From positions 1 to 12,442 of the forward strand of contig JBHHXT010000140.1 in NCBI GenBank assembly GCA_046757165.1: a DNA stretch of 12,442 nucleotides, read 5' to 3'. The notes under the pieces are model-generated. The model did not search any database and had not been told where the DNA came from. It saw only the letters and a list, made by a program, of their open reading frames with translations. Below, piece by piece: positions 7,400 to 12,442 of the stretch; within the stretch, counting starts at the first letter, position 1, and every line of letters begins with the position of its first letter. The translations under genes were made by a program, and so were the position numbers. The DNA comes from a bacterium (GTDB lineage Bacteria; Zhuqueibacterota; Zhuqueibacteria; Oceanimicrobiales; Oceanimicrobiaceae).

Positions 7400-8611
7400 A
7401 TGCCAATTTTCCAAGATACCATGGTCGTGTTGGCTTTTTGCATGGCCGTCTGTGCGGCGGTTTTCTGGGCAACGACGCAGTCCTGGGGCAAGCGTCTTTT
7501 TAGCATCGTTCCCTCCATCGTCCTGGTTTATTATATTCCAACCTTCGCCTCGACCTTTGGCCTGATTCCTTCGGCCTCGCCAGCTTATGATTGGATGCGC
7601 GACTACTTGCTGCCTTTCAGTTTATTTCTGCTCATGATAACCGCGGATCTCCCGACGATCATGAAAATCGGACCCAAAGCCTTGCTGATGATGGGGGTTG
7701 GCACCTTGAGCGTTGTGATCGGTGGGCCGCTGGCTTACCTGCTCTTCGCCAAGTGGCTCTCCCCGGAGGCATGGAAAGGTCTCGCCGCTTTGTCCGGCAG
7801 TTGGATCGGCGGCGGCGCCAATTTTGCCGCGATCAAGGAGTCCGTCTCTGCGCCAGATTCTATCATCGGACCAATTATCATTGTCGATACTGCTGTCGGC
7901 TATACCTGGACCGGCGTCCTGCTGGTGCTGGCCAACTACCACCGAATCATCGACCGGTGGAACCGAGCAAGTTCAGAGGTGCTGGTGGATATCAACCAGC
8001 GGCTGAAGGAGTTCGAGGAAAGCCAGATCAAGCCGATGACCCTTCCGGATGCGGCGGTCATCCTGGCGGTCGGCTTCGTCGGCGCTGTGGTTTGCCGCAA
8101 AATGGGGTACGCCTTTTTCGAAATGACAAACCCCACCCTGCTGCAGAACGCGCCCAATGTCGCCGTTATCTTCAGCGGCTTCACCTGGATGGTCATCTTC
8201 ATCTCCACCTTTGGCATTTTGCTGTCGTTCACGCCGATACGCAAGATCGAAACCGGCGGGGCTTCCAAGCTGGGCTATGCCGGCCTCTTTCTTTTTCTGA
8301 CCTCCATCGGTGCGAAGGCCGACCTGCGTGGCATCCTGGACGCGCCGGTCTTACTGCTCGTCGGCACGGTCTGGATTATTTTCCACATTGCTCTGATGTT
8401 CATTGGCGCGAGAATCGCCCGCGTGCCGATGTTTCTCGTCGCCATCGGCAGCCAGGCCAACATCGGCGGAGCGGCCAGTGCCCCGATTGTTGCTGCTGCG
8501 TACTACGAATCGATGGCCCCGGTGGGCTTGCTGATGGGCGTCCTCGGCTATCTGCTCGGCAATTATGCCGGGCTCTTGTGCGCATATCTGCTCAAATTAG
8601 CCGCGGGTTAG
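7400..8611 (+). CDS. DUF819 family integral membrane protein (putative transporter)
   Basis: About 10-12 hydrophobic segments with glycine-rich re-entrant motifs GSWIGGGANF and GSQANIGGAASAP characteristic of DUF819/YjcL. ATG at 7400, alternatives TTG 7361 and ATG 7421. Confidence 0.85.
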   Translation: MPIFQDTMVVLAFCMAVCAAVFWATTQSWGKRLFSIVPSIVLVYYIPTFASTFGLIPSASPAYDWMRDYLLPFSLFLLMITADLPTIMKIGPKALLMMGVGTLSVVIGGPLAYLLFAKWLSPEAWKGLAALSGSWIGGGANFAAIKESVSAPDSIIGPIIIVDTAVGYTWTGVLLVLANYHRIIDRWNRASSEVLVDINQRLKEFEESQIKPMTLPDAAVILAVGFVGAVVCRKMGYAFFEMTNPTLLQNAPNVAVIFSGFTWMVIFISTFGILLSFTPIRKIETGGASKLGYAGLFLFLTSIGAKADLRGILDAPVLLLVGTVWIIFHIALMFIGARIARVPMFLVAIGSQANIGGAASAPIVAAAYYESMAPVGLLMGVLGYLLGNYAGLLCAYLLKLAAG

Positions 8612-8756
8612 AGCCAGCATCTTCCAGGGCCGGACGAAAAACCCCAGCATTCCTACTTTCTCTTTCCATCCTTTCTTCACTGCGAACTTGAACAAGCAGG
8701 CCCTGAGGCATCCATAGCCAGAATTACAAATCCATGATTAGCCATACCGTTCTGTT

Positions 8757-8773
8757 CAACCCTTTCAGGGTTG
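8757..8773. repeat. Short REP-like palindrome
   Basis: CAACCCT-TTC-AGGGTTG, a perfect 7-bp stem with a GAA loop on the minus strand. Confidence 0.5.
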
Positions 8774-8797
8774 GGCGCGATTGTACTGTCTTCCTTA

Positions 8798-8955
8798 GGG
8801 GCTGTCTAAAAAGACCAGAAATGTCATTCCGACCGAAGGGAGGAATCTGACAAGACACCCATCGTAGGAATCACGAAAACACCTACTTACATCGCATTCC
8901 TTGCACCAACAGATTTCTCGCTTCGCTCGAAATGACAGGCTTTTTGGACAGCCCC
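8798..8955. mobile_element. 158-bp non-coding MITE/REP-like nested palindromic element
   Basis: Terminal inverted repeats GGGGCTGTCTAAAAAG (8798-8813) / CTTTTTGGACAGCCCC (8940-8955) match 15/16. Inner inverted repeat TGTCATTCCGACCGAAGGGAGGAATCTG (8822-8849) / CAGATTTCTCGCTTCGCTCGAAATGACA (8910-8937) matches 24/28. No target-site duplication seen. Confidence 0.7.
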
Positions 8956-9166
8956 GCGATGGCCTTCTGCGTAAGTGATTCGTGAATAATCCAGGATAAG
9001 TTAAGAAATACTAACCTCCCCCACATTCAGAATCGTCCCTCGGTAGACGATAACTAAGCTATTCCAATTATCACCCAGGGTCACGTATGTGGCTCATGTG
9101 GCGGAGCTGTCTTCCTCCAAAGAAGGCATATCTTCCTTCGCCGTCACCTGAGCCCAGCGCAAGGAG

Positions 9167-10225
9167 ATGATGCTCGACAACAAAGTCATCCTCATCACAG
9201 GCGGCACCGGTTCGTTCGGCAAAAAATTCATCGAGACAGCATTGACACGCTTCAAGCCGAAGAAAGTCATTTGCTACAGCCGCGACGAGCTGAAGCAATT
9301 CGAACTGCAGCAGGTCTGGCCGCCAGAGGGCAGGGCTCCGATTCGATATTTCATCGGCGACGTGCGCGATTTGCCGCGCATGAAGCGGGCGATGGAGGGG
9401 GTCGACATTGTCATTCACGCAGCGGCGTTCAAACAAGTCCCCGCAGCAGAGTACAATCCGTTTGAGGCGGTCAAGACCAACATTCTCGGCAGCCAGAACG
9501 TCATCGACGCGGCCATGGACTCCGGTGTCAAGACAGTCATCGCGCTCAGCACGGACAAAGCGGTGGCGCCCATCAATCTTTACGGGGCCACCAAACTCGC
9601 TGCTGACAAACTGTTCATCGCAGCGAACAACTACAGCGGCAGCAAGAACATCAAGTTCTCTGTCGTGCGTTACGGCAACGTTATGGGGAGCCGTGGCTCG
9701 GTCATTCCGTTTTTTCTCAAACATAGAGAAAAGGGATTCTTGCCAGTGACGGACAGACGCATGACCCGCTTCAACATCACCCTCGAAGCGGCTGTCGATT
9801 TCGTCATTCAAAACATCAGAAGAATGCACGGCCGGGAGATCTTTGTCCCGAAGATCCCCTCCTACCGCATCGTCGACGTGGCAGAAGCGATTGCACCCGG
9901 GTGCCGCATCGAGGAAGTGGGCAGCCGGCAGGGAGACAAGCTGCATGAAGATTTGATCACGGCCAATGAAGCTGTCAGCACGCTCGAGTTCAAGAGCCAC
10001 TTCGTGATTTTGCCATCTGATTTTTATTCGACAAAATACAAGAGCAACAGCTCGGATGGCGACGGCGGCAACGGTCGCCGGGGCCAGCCGTGTCAACCTG
10101 GTTTCACCTACAACAGCGGCAGCAATACGCACTTTCTGACGGTCGATGAAATCAGCCACCTGGTCGAACACCACCTCGGCATTCAACAACACGATGAGCA
10201 CATCATCGAGGTCGCAGACCATTAG
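9167..10225 (+). CDS. pseB: UDP-N-acetylglucosamine 4,6-dehydratase (inverting), PseB/FlaA1
   Basis: ITGGTGSFG Rossmann motif, YSRDELKQ, HAAAFKQVPAAEYNPFEAVKTNILG, LSTDKA, catalytic YGATK, RYGNVMGSRGSVIPFF and TDRRMTRFNITL. AAGGAG lies immediately upstream; start is ATG 9167 or 9170. Confidence 0.92.
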   Translation: MMLDNKVILITGGTGSFGKKFIETALTRFKPKKVICYSRDELKQFELQQVWPPEGRAPIRYFIGDVRDLPRMKRAMEGVDIVIHAAAFKQVPAAEYNPFEAVKTNILGSQNVIDAAMDSGVKTVIALSTDKAVAPINLYGATKLAADKLFIAANNYSGSKNIKFSVVRYGNVMGSRGSVIPFFLKHREKGFLPVTDRRMTRFNITLEAAVDFVIQNIRRMHGREIFVPKIPSYRIVDVAEAIAPGCRIEEVGSRQGDKLHEDLITANEAVSTLEFKSHFVILPSDFYSTKYKSNSSDGDGGNGRRGQPCQPGFTYNSGSNTHFLTVDEISHLVEHHLGIQQHDEHIIEVADH

Positions 10226-11342
10226 CGACGCGGATATCCGCGCTGTCACAGAGACGCTGCGGAGCGATTATCTGACGACCGGGCCACAGGTGGCCGCCTT
10301 CGAGCGTGCCTTCGCCGACTTCACTGGCATGCCCGAGGCAGTCGCCGTCTGCAACGGCACGGCGGCGCTGCACGCCGCCATGTACGCCGTCGGCATTCAA
10401 CCTGGCGACGAGGTCATCGTGCCAGCCATGACCTTTGCCGCCACCGCAAACTGTGTCGTCTACCAGGGCGGCACGCCAGTTTTTGCGGACGTTGATGTCG
10501 AATCATTGTTGCTCGACCCGGACCAGGTCGAAAGGCTCATCACGCCACGTTGCAAGGCTATCATCGCGGTCGACTATGCCGGGCAACCGTGTGATTATGA
10601 TAGCCTGAACCAAATCGCGCAAAACCACGGCCTGGCCCTGGTGGCCGACGCATGCCACGCCGTGGGCGGCAGCTACAAAGGCAAGCCCGTGGGCTCGTTA
10701 GCCCACCTGAGCACCTTCAGCTTTCATCCGGTCAAGAACATGACCACCGGCGAAGGCGGAATGGTCACCTCCGACAGTCGCGAGCTGGCGCGCAAGATGC
10801 GTCTCTTTCGCAACCACGGCATCGACACCGACCACCATCAGCGTGAAGCCAGGAATTCATGGACTTATGAGCTTATTGATTTAGGCTACAACTACCGCAT
10901 GACGGATTTTCAGTGCGCCCTTGGGCTGGCACAACTGCGACGTTTGCCGGCGTGGCTTGAGCGCCGGCGCGAGATCGCACGGGCATATGATACCGCCTTT
11001 GAGGAAAATGACCTCGTCACTCCTGTCGCGAGCCGAACCGATGTGGCGCACGCTTACCATCTTTATGTTGTGCAGCTAAATCTCGCACGATTGCAGGTCG
11101 AGCGCGCCGCCGTGTTTATGCAACTGCGCGAAAAGGGAATCCGTGTCAACGTTCACTACCTGCCGGTTCATCTGCATCCGTTCTACCAACAGCGTTTCAG
11201 AACCAGACCAGGTCTGTGTCCACGAGCAGAAGCGGCTTATGAGCGCATCCTTTCGCTCCCCATTCACCCGAACATGTCCATTCAGGACGCCAACGAAATC
11301 GCGACAACCTTGTTGCAGATTCTAAACTCATTCCTGCCATAA
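10194..11342 (+). CDS. pseC: UDP-4-amino-4,6-dideoxy-N-acetyl-beta-L-altrosamine transaminase (DegT/DnrJ family PLP aminotransferase)
   Basis: LRSDYLTTGP, NGTAALH, TFAATAN, DACHAVG, PLP-lysine motif FSFHPVKNMTTGEGG, LGYNYRMTDFQCALG and VHYLPVH, directly after pseB. ATG at 10194 is chosen over 10146; the exact start is uncertain. Confidence 0.87.
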   Translation: MSTSSRSQTISDADIRAVTETLRSDYLTTGPQVAAFERAFADFTGMPEAVAVCNGTAALHAAMYAVGIQPGDEVIVPAMTFAATANCVVYQGGTPVFADVDVESLLLDPDQVERLITPRCKAIIAVDYAGQPCDYDSLNQIAQNHGLALVADACHAVGGSYKGKPVGSLAHLSTFSFHPVKNMTTGEGGMVTSDSRELARKMRLFRNHGIDTDHHQREARNSWTYELIDLGYNYRMTDFQCALGLAQLRRLPAWLERRREIARAYDTAFEENDLVTPVASRTDVAHAYHLYVVQLNLARLQVERAAVFMQLREKGIRVNVHYLPVHLHPFYQQRFRTRPGLCPRAEAAYERILSLPIHPNMSIQDANEIATTLLQILNSFLP

Positions 11343-11351
11343 CGTCCCGCC

Positions 11352-12200
11352 ATGACTGTCGATTTTGTTGCTGAGATTTCCAGCAACCACAACCGGGATT
11401 TGAACCGCTGCCTGGCGTTCATCGACACGGCAGCGCAAATCGGCTGCAGCGCGATCAAATTTCAGCTCTTCAAAGTCGATGAACTGTTCGCGCCAGAAAT
11501 CCTGAGAAGGAGTACTGAACACCGCCGCCGCCAGGAGTGGGAGCTGCCGGTGGAATTTCTGCCGCTCCTGGCGCAGCGCAGCCACCACCACAATCTTCAG
11601 TTTGGCTGCACGCCATTCTATCTGCAAGCCGTTGATGAGCTTTCCCCCTACGTCGATTTCTACAAGATTTCGTCCTACGAAGTTCTCTGGCAAGACCTGT
11701 TGCTGGCATGTGCCCGCGCCGGCAAACCCGTCGTGCTTTCGACCGGCATGGCAACGCTGGAAGAAGTGCAGCGGGCGGTCCATCTCCTGCGAAATGGTGG
11801 CTGCCGCGATCTCACCCTGCTCCACTGTGTTTCCGCTTACCCGACGCCTCCTGTAGCCTGTAACCTGGCAGCCATTCAGACGCTACGAGACTTCTTCGAG
11901 TGCCCGGCAGGATGGTCCGACCACAGCGTCCGGCCAGGGGTTCTCTACCGGGCCGTACACCGGTGGGGCGCCACGATGATTGAATTTCACCTGGACCTGG
12001 AAGGCCGCGGCGCAGAATATGACATGGGACACTGCTGGCTGCCCGGCCCAATTCAACACGTGATTCAAACCATCAACGCCGGTTTGGAGGCGGACGGCGA
12101 GGCGCTCAAAGCACCCACAGCGGCAGAGCTGGCAGACCGAACCTGGCGCGCAGATCCGATTGATGGCTTACGGCCGGTCAAGACAGCGCGGCAGAAATGA
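11352..12200 (+). CDS. N-acetylneuraminate synthase family protein (NeuB/PseI-like nonulosonic acid synthase), apparently without the C-terminal SAF domain
   Basis: FVAEISSNHNRD, AIKFQ, CTPF, YKISSYE, KPVVLSTGMATLEEV, LLHCVSAYPTP, GWSDHS and MIEFHL. Only 282 aa long, starting 9 nt after the pseC stop. Confidence 0.88.
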   Translation: MTVDFVAEISSNHNRDLNRCLAFIDTAAQIGCSAIKFQLFKVDELFAPEILRRSTEHRRRQEWELPVEFLPLLAQRSHHHNLQFGCTPFYLQAVDELSPYVDFYKISSYEVLWQDLLLACARAGKPVVLSTGMATLEEVQRAVHLLRNGGCRDLTLLHCVSAYPTPPVACNLAAIQTLRDFFECPAGWSDHSVRPGVLYRAVHRWGATMIEFHLDLEGRGAEYDMGHCWLPGPIQHVIQTINAGLEADGEALKAPTAAELADRTWRADPIDGLRPVKTARQK

Positions 12201-12231
12201 TAGAGTCGACTGCAAGGGAAAAGTCCAAAAG

Positions 12232-12416
12232 TCTGTAATCGGTCAGTTACGGGCGGTACGGGTGTCAGTCAGGAATGGGTAATTCGTTGGGTATTCACGC
12301 TTCAGCGATGTCCACGCTGAACATGGTTTTCGATGACAGTAAACCGCGTGTCCCACCCACCCCCCTCAAGCTCGAGCTTGAACACCGCCACCCACCCGTA
12401 ACTGACCGATTACAGA
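12232..12416. mobile_element. 185-bp MITE-like element with perfect 22-bp terminal inverted repeats
   Basis: TCTGTAATCGGTCAGTTACGGG (12232-12253) / CCCGTAACTGACCGATTACAGA (12395-12416). Non-coding interior with hairpins. Flanks AAAGTC / GAAGTC may be a target duplication. Confidence 0.75.
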
Positions 12417-12442
12417 AGTCGAGCTTCTTTGAAAGAAATCGT

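Noticed and set aside
7591..8691. 366-aa alternative-frame ORF on the + strand
   Set aside because: Overlaps the DUF819 gene and has the Arg/Pro/His-rich composition typical of off-frame GC-rich sequence.
9071..10249. 392-aa ORF on the minus strand
   Set aside because: Antisense shadow of the clearly conserved pseB gene, with no recognisable motifs.

Overview
Bacterial window, most consistent with an FCB-group lineage such as KSB1/Calditrichota (inferred only from a T9SS-A/FlgD-type C-terminal domain). It contains eight well-supported CDS: a 5'-truncated TrxB-like CxxC flavoprotein overlapping by 1 nt a 1410-aa secreted S8 protease (seven FG-GAP repeats, FN3/Ig-like domains, T9SS-like tail); a stand-alone 42-aa-repeat TPR protein; a convergent TerB-family gene; a DUF819 membrane protein behind a perfect-consensus sigma70 promoter; and a pseB-pseC-neuB/pseI-like nonulosonic acid gene trio. 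I found no CRISPR array, rRNA, tRNA, transposase or integrase. The unexplained signal lies mostly in the intergenic DNA: a nested palindromic MITE/REP-like element whose two arms differ only by compensatory changes, a 185-bp element with perfect 22-bp terminal inverted repeats (the two elements bracket the pse genes), a related palindrome between the TPR and terB genes, and possible structured leaders before pseB and the TPR gene. The sequence alone does not establish a new multi-gene system; these are leads to test.
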